From contig JAPLXO010000004.1 of assembly GCA_026396065.1 (NCBI GenBank), forward strand, positions 18,387-82,386: a stretch of 64,000 nucleotides of DNA, written 5' to 3'. The notes beneath the pieces were generated by a model, which saw nothing but the letters and a program-made list of their open reading frames with translations, searched no databases and was not told where the DNA came from. The translations under genes and the position numbers were made by a program. Positions 38,666 through 48,864 of this stretch are shown one piece after another (the stretch's first letter is position 1; each line of letters begins with the position of its first letter). Origin of the DNA: Candidatus Nomurabacteria bacterium. GTDB taxonomy: Bacteria > Patescibacteriota > Minisyncoccia > Phycocordibacterales > UBA9973.

Positions 38666-39753
38666 TTTTTTGCCCAAGATTTATCCCAACCTGGGTTCCA
38701 ACCTCCACGTACTTCAAAGTGTAAATGATTTCCGAAAGAGTGACCAGTGTTACCTACAAAACCAATTACTTGTCCTTGGTAAACATTATCCCCAATAGAG
38801 ACATTTAATTTTGATTGGTGTGCATAATATGTCTGCATTCCATTTGGGTGTGAAATGATAACCAAGTTTCCAAATCCACCATTTTTACCATATCTAGCAA
38901 AAATCACTCTTCCAGCTGCGGCGGCATGTATAGGGGTACCAGCGACATGACAACTAAGATCCACAGCAGTACCATCATGTATTCCTTGAGTAGTATCACA
39001 TCCAGGAAGAGGATTTACGAAATATCCTTCACTAGATCTCATTTGAGATTTATTTTTATTTGAAGGTAAACGTCCACCTTGTTTTACTTTTTTACTTTGA
39101 GAAACACTATTTGGAACTTCAGCTCCTGGGATAACGAGTTCATCCCCCACAAGAATACCTTTATCTCCAATATCATTAAAAGAAGTAATATCCTCTATAT
39201 CTACACCGTAAAGCTTCGCAATACCTTTCAAGGTTTGATTTTTTGCGACTACATGGATTACTCCTGAAACTGGTGGAATAAGCAAAAGCTCACCTTCAAC
39301 TAAAGGAGCGCCTTTTTTACGTTCATTTGCCCAATCTATAGTATTAACAGAAATATCAAACATTTTAGCAATATCAGCTATTTTATCTCCTTTTCTAACA
39401 ACATATACACCTATTTCATCGGCTGATGTATCAGCTTGGTCAGAATTTTGACCCATTGCACTAGTATTTGGTACTAGTGAGTTATTATTTATATTTACTT
39501 CTTCTCCCAACTTCACAGAATTCTTATCTTTTGAATCAGTTACGATAGACATTGGTGAGATTTTTGATTCCAATGCTGTATTTTGAGAGCTATTAGTATT
39601 GTCTGAAACAGAATCACTAGCAAAAACCTCGGTATTTAGGCCAAGACTAGAAATAAAACTAGCATTTGCTGTGCGAGTAGACACAAAAACAACCCCAAAC
39701 AACACAAAAAGGGCAAAAATGGCTAAGGCAGTTTTAAATTGAGTATTCTTCAT
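38662..39753 (-). CDS. LysM + M23 peptidase
   Basis: Signal peptide, two LysM domains, H...D, YYAH, HLHFEVR. Confidence 0.92.
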   Translation of the reverse strand: MKNTQFKTALAIFALFVLFGVVFVSTRTANASFISSLGLNTEVFASDSVSDNTNSSQNTALESKISPMSIVTDSKDKNSVKLGEEVNINNNSLVPNTSAMGQNSDQADTSADEIGVYVVRKGDKIADIAKMFDISVNTIDWANERKKGAPLVEGELLLIPPVSGVIHVVAKNQTLKGIAKLYGVDIEDITSFNDIGDKGILVGDELVIPGAEVPNSVSQSKKVKQGGRLPSNKNKSQMRSSEGYFVNPLPGCDTTQGIHDGTAVDLSCHVAGTPIHAAAAGRVIFARYGKNGGFGNLVIISHPNGMQTYYAHQSKLNVSIGDNVYQGQVIGFVGNTGHSFGNHLHFEVRGGWNPGWDKSWAKN

Positions 39754-39917
39754 AAGATATATAGTCTTTTCTAGCTTTCAGCCATGTCTTTCGTCCATCT
39801 AATCTGTATATATTAAGGGTACCGCTTTGGGGTACCTTAGTCAATAGACATGTTAATAACCCTGTGTTTAAAATTTAGGGCAACAAAAAGACCAAGTAAA
39901 ATAAGGTTTAAAAGTGC

Positions 39918-40119
39918 TTGACAAATGACTTCGATAATGCTATACTATCTAGAGTAGGGTATGTTCTTTAAATAAATTGTTTTTGTGGTGTAGGGAACAC
40001 CTTGGACGGAAATTCTTCTTTCTAAAGTGTTCCTTATACAGATTATCGTATATTTAACCTTGATGATTCCCAGTAAAGGAATCAAAAACAAAAAATATAT
40101 ATTTAATACACAAAAAACA
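39918..40119 (+). promoter_or_regulatory. Promoter + boxA-like motif + leader hairpins
   Basis: TTGACA-17-TATACT; GTTCTTTAAATA 39963-39974; hairpin 39989-40040. Confidence 0.7.
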
Positions 40120-40593
40120 ATGAGAAAATTAATTTTAATTATCGCAGTGTTGTTCACAACAGCAACAATTTGCAACGCGCAAAAAAGCAAATCTTCTGAC
40201 AAAAAAACCTCAACAGCAGTAGCTGAAGCTGACAAAAAAATTGCTGAGATGAGAAAAGAGATTACAGATGCAGAAGATGCAAAAGTAGCAGCGGAAGCAA
40301 AAGCCGCAGCCGCAGAAGCAAAAGTTGCAGCAGCAGAAGAAAAAGCAAAAGTAGCAGAACAGGCAAAAACAGATTTGCTGGCCTATGGAAACAAAACAGT
40401 ACAGCAGATCGACAGCTTAAATGCTCAGCTGCTAAAAGCAAAAACTGTTTCAAAAGGAAACATCTACCGTCCTGTAAAAGGAAAACTGCTGTTGAACTAC
40501 AAAGACAGCACGGCATACTATGTGAAAAGCGACAGTGCCCAGTTTGTTGACCAAATCCCACAAGGATTTAAGCACAAAGCGGGAGCACGCTAA
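40120..40593 (+). CDS. Secreted coiled-coil protein
   Basis: MRKLILIIAVLFTTATICNA-QK signal peptide; AEAKAAAAEAK repeats. Confidence 0.8.
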   Translation: MRKLILIIAVLFTTATICNAQKSKSSDKKTSTAVAEADKKIAEMRKEITDAEDAKVAAEAKAAAAEAKVAAAEEKAKVAEQAKTDLLAYGNKTVQQIDSLNAQLLKAKTVSKGNIYRPVKGKLLLNYKDSTAYYVKSDSAQFVDQIPQGFKHKAGAR

Positions 40594-40675
40594 GCCCCAA
40601 AAGACGAACATCGACAATAAGGCCGGAACCCCACAAGGAACCGGTCTTAATCTTTTATAAGGCAATTATGCTAAA

Positions 40676-42268
40676 ATGGAAATGATGGAAATTTTTAGAA
40701 AAAAAAATACATTAGATGACGCAAGTGCACAAATTTTAATAAATAAGCAAATTGAAAATGCTTTGGCTTCTTTGCCTGTAGGTAAAGATAAAAAAGCTCA
40801 CGTTTTTGAACATTTAGAAAAAGCATACGGAAAATCTTTAGCAGAACAAATAATTTCATCTTTACCAAAAGATTTTTTCCAAGAAATCCCAATACCAAAT
40901 CCAGTCACTCCACCAGTACCCCTTGCAGCAACTCCATCACCAACACCGATTCCTGAAAATACAAATAATTTAAGTGAAAAACAAAAAACAGAACTTTATT
41001 TTAAAAAAGCTATGGCGGATATTTCTGCTCGTGTAGAATCTTTTCCAGAAGCAGAAAGAGATGCAAAATTCAAAGAAATTTTAAAAAATGAATATGGTGT
41101 AACACAAGAAAAAATAAAAGAATTTGATGCGAGTGGAAAAGGATTCAAGTGGTTTATGCGTGGAGGGCAAGCAGTGACTATTTTAGTCGCTTCACTTTTA
41201 ATATATAAAGACAGAAAAAACGAAAATACAAATGAAGAAATTAAAACTCCTACACAAAAAGAAATTTCAGTTCTAATAAAAAAGGTAATAGTAAAAAAAC
41301 CTAAAATAAAACTAGAAATTCCAAAAGAAAAAGAAATGCCACCTGTGAATATAAGATTCGATGAAAAACTATATGAATCTTTGCCAGCACAAGGAAAAGA
41401 TGTATATAAATACTACGCAGAAAATGATCCTACACCAGGCCGAGGATATATGATTTTAGATAAAGATAATGCGAAAGAATATATTTTCGATGGAGAAAAC
41501 AAACTCATGACCATAATGACAGTAGGTTTTGGCAAAACTCCTGGTGATGCACAAAATACTTCTAATAAATATAATGAAGGTAATATGACGACACCAGCTG
41601 GTGTATATTTACTATCAAAAGCCACAGTGCCAGAAGACATCTTAGAATATGGAAAATTACAATACTCAATGTTTGGAATATCTGTACTAGGTAATAGTGA
41701 ATTTATAAAAGAACATCAGACATATAAAGGACATGGTGAACTCGGACCAAGAACACTAAAACTGGAATCATTAACACCCTCAGACAATCCTTTTTCAAAC
41801 GGATGTATCAATGCAGACTCAGTAGAATTTAAAAAAAATATTTCTCCAAATTTTGAAGGAGATTATGGAGAATTAATTTTTGTATTACAAGATAAAAAAG
41901 GCAGAGATAGTGGGATAAAATTTGATGTAAAATGGCTGACAAAACAAATAGCCCCAATGATTCTAGAAATGGCCGACAAAGAAGAAAAAATATTCAAACA
42001 AAGAGCAAATGAGACAAGGCCAATAATCCAAAAGACGGAAGATGAGAAATCTCGTCTTGAAAAGAGACAAGTTGAATTAAACGCTGAATACCAAAAAGAC
42101 AAAAGTACAAAGAAAGAAAAAGAAATAGAAAAAATTAAAAAAGAAATAAAAGAAAAAATAGATGCGTTAGGGGAATATAGAAAAGTTTTCAACAAAGCAG
42201 ACCAGAAAATAGGGAGGATAGACACAAAGAGAAATGCAGCAAAAAGAATTCTAGAAAAGGCGATTTAA
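40676..42268 (+). CDS. Membrane-anchored protein with a YkuD-like L,D-transpeptidase domain
   Basis: TTPAGVY..HQTY..SNGCIN; single TM; coiled-coil tail. Confidence 0.65.
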   Translation: MEMMEIFRKKNTLDDASAQILINKQIENALASLPVGKDKKAHVFEHLEKAYGKSLAEQIISSLPKDFFQEIPIPNPVTPPVPLAATPSPTPIPENTNNLSEKQKTELYFKKAMADISARVESFPEAERDAKFKEILKNEYGVTQEKIKEFDASGKGFKWFMRGGQAVTILVASLLIYKDRKNENTNEEIKTPTQKEISVLIKKVIVKKPKIKLEIPKEKEMPPVNIRFDEKLYESLPAQGKDVYKYYAENDPTPGRGYMILDKDNAKEYIFDGENKLMTIMTVGFGKTPGDAQNTSNKYNEGNMTTPAGVYLLSKATVPEDILEYGKLQYSMFGISVLGNSEFIKEHQTYKGHGELGPRTLKLESLTPSDNPFSNGCINADSVEFKKNISPNFEGDYGELIFVLQDKKGRDSGIKFDVKWLTKQIAPMILEMADKEEKIFKQRANETRPIIQKTEDEKSRLEKRQVELNAEYQKDKSTKKEKEIEKIKKEIKEKIDALGEYRKVFNKADQKIGRIDTKRNAAKRILEKAI

Positions 42269-42397
42269 AAGTCGTCTTTTCTGTTTTTTACTCATTGACA
42301 AAATCAGTCAAATATTATATACTGCTCGAGTAACAAATAAAATCGTGTAAAGCTATGAAAAGCTTGATATAATTATTAATTATAACTAAATAAATTT

Positions 42398-45300
42398 ATG
42401 ACTATGGAAAAACCAAAATTTGATGATGTAGCTAAACGCAAGATTGCCCTTGCAGCAGAGATAGACCAAAAAATGAAAGAGTCAGAAACTCTAGAATTTT
42501 CTTTACCTACTTTAATTGGAAAAGACCATGATGACCAAGAAGAATCTCTTAAAAGTGTAAAAAAACAAATAAAGAAATTAAAAGCTGAACAAAGTAGCTT
42601 GCTCTTAGGAGATAAACAAAAAGAAGCAAAAAGAACTAGAACCTTGAATTCTCACGAAGCATTTAATGATAGTGTAATAGTAGAAAAAGAAGTGGAGCTT
42701 CTAACTCTTGAGCTTAATCTCACAAAAGATTTACCTAAAGAATTTCAAGATCTTCAGATTGAACAAAAATTATTTGCACTTCAAAACTTGAAAAAGCGTG
42801 TAGTGGACATTGTAAAATCGGAAGCAGAGACACAATATTCAGAATATTTAAAAACAAAAATTGGTGGAGTAGTATCTTCCGATAGTAAACTAAAAAACCT
42901 AGCAAATAAAATAAAAATGGGTGGAGTATCTCTTGTAGAGACTACGAAAAAAATAACAGAGTTAAAAGATTTAGAGACTGAAATTTTCAAAGAATTACGT
43001 GAGACAGAAGAAGGAGAACAATTAATCACTGAAGATCTTTCAGTTTTGTCTAATATGGCAAAAGAAAGAACATTATTTACTACTAGTAAAAATGGAGAGC
43101 AGAATCAGGTTAGAGTTAGTTATCACGCTGAATTAAATATTCAAGACCGTACACCAGAGGAAGATGAGGCTGTTTCTAATTTTAATTGGGCTGCAAACAA
43201 ATTCCGTGAAATGCCAGACGAATGGGGACAAGCAGAAGCAAAATCTAAATGGGTAAAATGGGCATATTCTGGTAACAGAGAAAAATATGAAAAAGCAAAA
43301 GCTGAATATGAGACTGCTAAAGCAGAAATTTTAAATATAAAAATAAAAAGAGAATTACCAGATGAAAAAGGTAAATCAATGCTAGAAGTTGGTATTCTTG
43401 ATAACCAAATCAAAATGGACCAGCTTATGAATACTCACCCAGAGTTTCAAAAGGAAATAGACCAGCTTGGTGCAGATGCTAGCGCTATGGGTTGGGTAAA
43501 AACTGTTTCAAGTAAAATATTTAGTAGTAAAGGATTTACAAATGTAGGACTAGCAGGATTGGGATTCGGTACTAGAATGATGGCAAAGGGTGCTGCATTT
43601 GCATCTGGCTCTACAATAATCACTGCTGTAGCTGCACCTGTAATAGGTGGAGTTCTTGGTGGTATTCGAGGAAAAATTCGCGGACAATCTACATTGGCTG
43701 AAAAGCAAATGAAGGCTCGTCATGGACAAAAAGATGAGAGTGCTGAAGCACAAAATACTGTCGATGCAAAAAATCTAGTAAAGAAATTGGAAGATTTATC
43801 TAGAAAATTGGAACAAGTTCAAAATGATCCTAATGCAGTAGTAAAAATGGTAAAAGGTGGCGACATAATTGAAATTGATGGAAAAAGAATGAAAGTAGCA
43901 AGTGTAAAATCTAATGGAGAAGTCACTCTATTTCCAGAAGATGAGCACGTATATGAAAAGAAATTGCCAACTACATATCCTAATCTTGGAACTTTGAAAG
44001 AACAAGCAGAATGGCTTTTTAACAACAAAGTTGATCTTTTTGATACAGATGGAAATAAAGAAGAGATAGAATCAGCAGATGATATATATCCATACATGGT
44101 GGAACAATTTGAAAATTCAAGTAAGGTACGAGTAGATAAAATACCAACCACATTTGGTGTAGGAGAAGATAAGACTGAGGTTGAAATGCTAGCAATCTTG
44201 GAAGCAAACCTTGTAGACCAAATTAAAAGAAGAGTGGAATACACACAAGACAAAATAACAGATGGACGTGTAAACTTTGGTGAAGCAAAATCTGCATTCA
44301 ATAATCAATTGAATTTGATCACTGGAATAAATAATGCATTGGTACATGCTGTAAGTATGGAAAAATCTGTGCGTGAAGATATTGATGCTAGATTAGCAAA
44401 ATTACTTTCTTATAAAGAAAAGCAAATAGATGAGGCGCAAGAAAAATTTATTAAGAAACAAATAAAAACAGGGATGATTGTAGGTGCTACTGCTTCCACA
44501 CTCGGTTATGGTGTACGATGGTTTGGAGAAACTATGGGCTGGTGGGGAGGTCATGCAGAAAATGCTGTAGCTGGAGCAAATGTTGTAGAAAAAGAAGAAG
44601 TTGTAAAAATTGTAAATGAAAATACTCCTGCAGATACTTCTGAAGGTTTCATGACTCGCACAGGGAAGTGGCTAGGAGAAATGTGGGATAAAATTTCTGG
44701 AGTAGAAGATGCAAAAGAAGCAAAAATACATGCAGAAGAAGCTATAAAAGAAGCTACTAAAATAAAAAATGATTCAATAGCACATGCAAATGCAGAAGCA
44801 ATTGCAAAAGTAAAAGCACAACTTCTAAAAGATTCTACTGACACTTACAATTCAAAAATTAAAGCTGTATCAGATTCTACTGATGCATATAATGCTAGTG
44901 AAGCTGGAAAAATAAAAGCTGTTGCTGATTCAACTGATACTTACAATGCAAACCTTGCAGATGAAGCACAAGCAGCTGAAATGGCAGAAAAGTTTTCTGG
45001 TATTCAGACCGGCGAAGAAAAACAAATTATTTTAAACAATTTAGACCAGAAAAATATAGATAATCTTACACCAGATCAAATAAAGAATCTTACTAACCTT
45101 TCAGGAGAAAGTGTGGCAAAACTTAATAATCTTGATAGTGCCTCTATTGATAGAATTTCAAGAATTAGTGACATTACAAAAATCAACGATGCAATAAATA
45201 ATGTCAGCGACGATCCTTTCTGGCAAAAGTTGGAAGGACTTTCAAAAGAAGCGCAAGATAAAATTTCTGATAAACTAAGTGAAAATAATGTTTTGAAAGA

Positions 45301-46807
45301 TCTTTCTCGTGAAGAAATAGAAAAATTTGCAAAGCTCGACAGTGCTACAGTAAATAATATGTCCACATTAAATGGACCTGAACTTGCAAAAGCAATTGAT
45401 GAAGCAAAAATAACAGCAGAACCAAGTACAGGAACTGTAGAAAAAGTAGCAGCAGCAACTACAACAGGTACAAAGACTGCAGAAAAGGTAGCCGAGGCAG
45501 TAGCGACAGAAGCAAAAGAAGCTGCTGGTCCTCGTGGAGCACAAATAGATTTCTCTGTTACACTTGGAAAAAATGGTGTACCACCAAATCTAGAAACTGC
45601 TTTCAACGAAATTGCTGCAGATAAAATGCCATTGCCAGAAAGTGGAATTATTGATGAACAATTTGCTACAAAGAGTTTGAATACTGCAGCAAACTTGGTC
45701 CAACTCACAGAAGGCAATAGTGTAGCAGGCGTAGATGCGCAAGAATTTGCAAAAGCAGTCAGCTTCAAAGGTGGAATACTCGAAATTAAAGATCACGAAA
45801 AGTTCAACGAAATTCTTGAAAAATTATCAAAGCATAGTGATGAATTGTGGGATAAGGGAGCACTACAAGGTAAAGGTGCAGCAATCTCATATATAGACAA
45901 AATAAGTCCAAAATCTTGGTTGAAAATAATGCATGCCGATGGTTTGCATGAATTACCAGATGAAGCTCACACACCTACTGGTATCATTGGCCACGAAGGA
46001 ATTACTGCAGAAAATATAAAAGATTTTCATAATAGTGAAATGGTACAAAAAGCAATTGTACTAGAACAAGCTGAAGTCGACAATTATCCTGCAGATGAAG
46101 AGCAACTAGCTTTCACTGGAGAAAAATACACGCCTGAATCTGAATTCGAATACAAAGCTCCTGTAGAAAATGTTAAAGCTGAAGATACGGGATTCTTCGA
46201 TAAAGCCACAAAAGAAATGTCTGACCAAAGGACTGCAATAGAAAGAAATGTCACACCAGATGCTACACCATCTGAAAGAGTAATGACAATGAATGAATAC
46301 GCGGACAAATACAACAAAGCACCAAAAGTAAATCCTGCTGATCATGCAAAAGATAATACAGGAAGTAGTAAAGGTGGTGCAAAAAGTGGTGCTACTGTTG
46401 AAACAACAAAAGGATTAAAGGTAACCCCAGATGAAAATAATCACTTTGGTGTAAAAACAGATGATCTTTCAAAACATGTCCTTCCTGTAAACCATGGCAA
46501 TATAGAAGAATTAAAAACTCTAAGTAAGAGTAGTACTTCTTGGAAGAATATAAGAGGTGTGCCAGCAAAAACTTTCTTAGCAATGAACAAAGCAGATTTA
46601 CCAGAAAAATGGATGGTACCTTATTATGAGTATCTACATAAAATGAAAGATCTTACTGGCTTAGAACCAAGAGGTGAGTCTGCATCAGGAAAACCACCTA
46701 TTACAGTAGAACAGTATATGCAAAGTGGTCTAGAAAAAGCTTATTCTGAAAAAGGAATAAATGGAGTACCTGGTCACAGAAGTGATTATAGAAAATTAAA
46801 GTTATAA
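42398..46807 (+). CDS. Very large hypothetical protein (coiled coil + Gly-rich hydrophobic segments)
   Basis: 1469 aa; GxxxG-rich hydrophobic stretches at ~380-425 and ~690-715; DSTD(T/A)YN repeats. Confidence 0.85.
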   Translation: MTMEKPKFDDVAKRKIALAAEIDQKMKESETLEFSLPTLIGKDHDDQEESLKSVKKQIKKLKAEQSSLLLGDKQKEAKRTRTLNSHEAFNDSVIVEKEVELLTLELNLTKDLPKEFQDLQIEQKLFALQNLKKRVVDIVKSEAETQYSEYLKTKIGGVVSSDSKLKNLANKIKMGGVSLVETTKKITELKDLETEIFKELRETEEGEQLITEDLSVLSNMAKERTLFTTSKNGEQNQVRVSYHAELNIQDRTPEEDEAVSNFNWAANKFREMPDEWGQAEAKSKWVKWAYSGNREKYEKAKAEYETAKAEILNIKIKRELPDEKGKSMLEVGILDNQIKMDQLMNTHPEFQKEIDQLGADASAMGWVKTVSSKIFSSKGFTNVGLAGLGFGTRMMAKGAAFASGSTIITAVAAPVIGGVLGGIRGKIRGQSTLAEKQMKARHGQKDESAEAQNTVDAKNLVKKLEDLSRKLEQVQNDPNAVVKMVKGGDIIEIDGKRMKVASVKSNGEVTLFPEDEHVYEKKLPTTYPNLGTLKEQAEWLFNNKVDLFDTDGNKEEIESADDIYPYMVEQFENSSKVRVDKIPTTFGVGEDKTEVEMLAILEANLVDQIKRRVEYTQDKITDGRVNFGEAKSAFNNQLNLITGINNALVHAVSMEKSVREDIDARLAKLLSYKEKQIDEAQEKFIKKQIKTGMIVGATASTLGYGVRWFGETMGWWGGHAENAVAGANVVEKEEVVKIVNENTPADTSEGFMTRTGKWLGEMWDKISGVEDAKEAKIHAEEAIKEATKIKNDSIAHANAEAIAKVKAQLLKDSTDTYNSKIKAVSDSTDAYNASEAGKIKAVADSTDTYNANLADEAQAAEMAEKFSGIQTGEEKQIILNNLDQKNIDNLTPDQIKNLTNLSGESVAKLNNLDSASIDRISRISDITKINDAINNVSDDPFWQKLEGLSKEAQDKISDKLSENNVLKDLSREEIEKFAKLDSATVNNMSTLNGPELAKAIDEAKITAEPSTGTVEKVAAATTTGTKTAEKVAEAVATEAKEAAGPRGAQIDFSVTLGKNGVPPNLETAFNEIAADKMPLPESGIIDEQFATKSLNTAANLVQLTEGNSVAGVDAQEFAKAVSFKGGILEIKDHEKFNEILEKLSKHSDELWDKGALQGKGAAISYIDKISPKSWLKIMHADGLHELPDEAHTPTGIIGHEGITAENIKDFHNSEMVQKAIVLEQAEVDNYPADEEQLAFTGEKYTPESEFEYKAPVENVKAEDTGFFDKATKEMSDQRTAIERNVTPDATPSERVMTMNEYADKYNKAPKVNPADHAKDNTGSSKGGAKSGATVETTKGLKVTPDENNHFGVKTDDLSKHVLPVNHGNIEELKTLSKSSTSWKNIRGVPAKTFLAMNKADLPEKWMVPYYEYLHKMKDLTGLEPRGESASGKPPITVEQYMQSGLEKAYSEKGINGVPGHRSDYRKLKL

Positions 46808-46826
46808 ATATGTTATAGTGTTTGTC

Positions 46827-48863
46827 ATGGACGAACATCTAGCAGGTCTAAATAGTTCACAAAAAGAAGCGGCTCTTCACACTGATGGGCCGCTTCTTAT
46901 TGTCGCGGGAGCAGGTGCTGGGAAAACTAAAACCATTACACATAGAATAGTAAATTTAATAAAGACTGGTATAGAGCCAAATAAAATTCTGGCTGTAACT
47001 TTTACAAATAAATCTGCAAAAGAAATGCGTGAAAGAATTTTGAATGAAATTGAGAAAAATGCCAAAGGAAATATTGAGCAAAATACTATACCTTTTGTAT
47101 CTACTTTTCACTCACTCGGTGTATATATAATCAAAGAAAATTCACGACTTTTAGGTGTCACTAGACATTTTACAATATTAGATGAAGGAGATTCACTTTC
47201 TATAATAAAAGAAGCTTTGAAAGAAAATGACTTAGACCCAAAGCAATATGAGCCAAAAAGAATGAAAGGCATTATTAGCCGTGAAAAAGGAAAGTTTACA
47301 AAAATGGAAGAGTATTTTGAAAATGCTACAGATTATCTGCCTAGAATTGTCGCACGTATTTGGAAAAGTTATGAAGCAAAAAAACTAAAAGAAAATGCAT
47401 TAGATTTTGATGATTTACTTTTAAAAGCTACGACATTATTAAAAGAAAATTTAGAAGTTCGTAAAATGTATCAAGACCGATGGAGCCATATACATATAGA
47501 TGAGTATCAGGATACAAATGAAGCTCAATATATAATGAGTAAATTACTTTCTGAAAAACACAAAAATATTTGTGTAGTGGGAGATGCTGATCAAAACATT
47601 TATTCTTGGCGTGGAGCAAATTTAAAAAATATTTTATCTTTTGAAAAAGATTATCCAAATGCAAAAATAGTATTACTGGAAGAAAATTATCGTTCCACAA
47701 AAAATATTTTAGAAGCAGCAAATACAATAATAAAGAAAAATAAATATCGTCCTGATAAAAATTTATTTACTTCAAATCCTGTCGGTGAAAAAATTTCATT
47801 ACATGAGGCTCTCGAGGAAACAGAAGAGGCGGACTTTATTGCATGTAAAATTTTAGAAATAGCAGACAGGCAAAATGTTCTTGAGAAAAGCATTGCGCAG
47901 ACTGACGAGCCGAGCACAGCAATTTCCCAGCAGGGAAATATGCGCGCTTTTCGAGAAAATATTTTGCCTGTCTGGTCAGATATTGCAATTTTGTATCGAG
48001 CAAACTTTCAATCTCGTGTACTAGAAGAAGCGATGCTACGTTACAATATTCCATATCAAGTTCTAGGCGTAAAATTTTTTGAAAGAAAAGAAATAAAAGA
48101 CACATTAGCATATTTGCGTGCAGCAATGAATCCAGAAAGCTTATCTGATATAAAAAGAATTATAAATTTCCCTGCACGTGGAATAGGCAAGACGACTTTA
48201 GCAAAACTTTTTGCTGGAGAGAAAGAAAATCTACCAATAAAAATGCAAATTAAAATTCGCGATTTTTATGAATTGTTAGAAGATACAAAAGAACAAATAC
48301 AAACTAGGACTGCATCAGAAGTAATAAAATATATAATCAAAAAATCGTGTATAGAAGATGAATTAAAAAACGGAGATGAAGAAGAATTGGAACGTCTAGA
48401 AAACATAAAAGAGCTTGCTACGCTTGCATTAAAATACGACAATTTGGAAAATGGACTCGGTGTAGAAAAGCTTATTGAGGATGCATCACTAGCCTCCGAT
48501 CAAGATTCTATAATGATTACCAATGAAAAACCAGAAAAGATTAATGCTGTTAAATTAATGACTGTTCACGCTTCAAAAGGACTGGAATTTAAATATGTTT
48601 TTGTCACAGGACTCGAAGAAGGACTTTTCCCAAATCAGCGTGATACTGAAAATAAATCAGCAGAAGATAGCGAAGAAGAGCGTAGACTTTTTTACGTAGC
48701 TATCACTCGTGCACGTGAAAAACTATTTTTATCATATGCAAACTTTAGAACTATTTTTGGTGAAAGAAGAATAAACACACCATCACAATTCATAGGAGAT
48801 ATACCAGCTGATATAATAGAAAAGGGGGATGAAGATCCAAATGTAAAAACTATTTATATATAA
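46827..48863 (+). CDS. pcrA: UvrD/PcrA DNA helicase
   Basis: AGAGAGKT, TFTNK, DEYQDTN, VGDADQ, NYRS, TVHASKGLEF, EERRLFYVAITRA. Confidence 0.96.
   Translation: MDEHLAGLNSSQKEAALHTDGPLLIVAGAGAGKTKTITHRIVNLIKTGIEPNKILAVTFTNKSAKEMRERILNEIEKNAKGNIEQNTIPFVSTFHSLGVYIIKENSRLLGVTRHFTILDEGDSLSIIKEALKENDLDPKQYEPKRMKGIISREKGKFTKMEEYFENATDYLPRIVARIWKSYEAKKLKENALDFDDLLLKATTLLKENLEVRKMYQDRWSHIHIDEYQDTNEAQYIMSKLLSEKHKNICVVGDADQNIYSWRGANLKNILSFEKDYPNAKIVLLEENYRSTKNILEAANTIIKKNKYRPDKNLFTSNPVGEKISLHEALEETEEADFIACKILEIADRQNVLEKSIAQTDEPSTAISQQGNMRAFRENILPVWSDIAILYRANFQSRVLEEAMLRYNIPYQVLGVKFFERKEIKDTLAYLRAAMNPESLSDIKRIINFPARGIGKTTLAKLFAGEKENLPIKMQIKIRDFYELLEDTKEQIQTRTASEVIKYIIKKSCIEDELKNGDEEELERLENIKELATLALKYDNLENGLGVEKLIEDASLASDQDSIMITNEKPEKINAVKLMTVHASKGLEFKYVFVTGLEEGLFPNQRDTENKSAEDSEEERRLFYVAITRAREKLFLSYANFRTIFGERRINTPSQFIGDIPADIIEKGDEDPNVKTIYI
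47863..47974. mobile_element. In-frame palindromic (MITE-like) insertion in pcrA
   Basis: CAGACAGGCAAAATGTT..AATATTTTGCCTGTCTG inverted ends; GC-richer than the host gene. Confidence 0.75.
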
Positions 48864-48864
48864 A

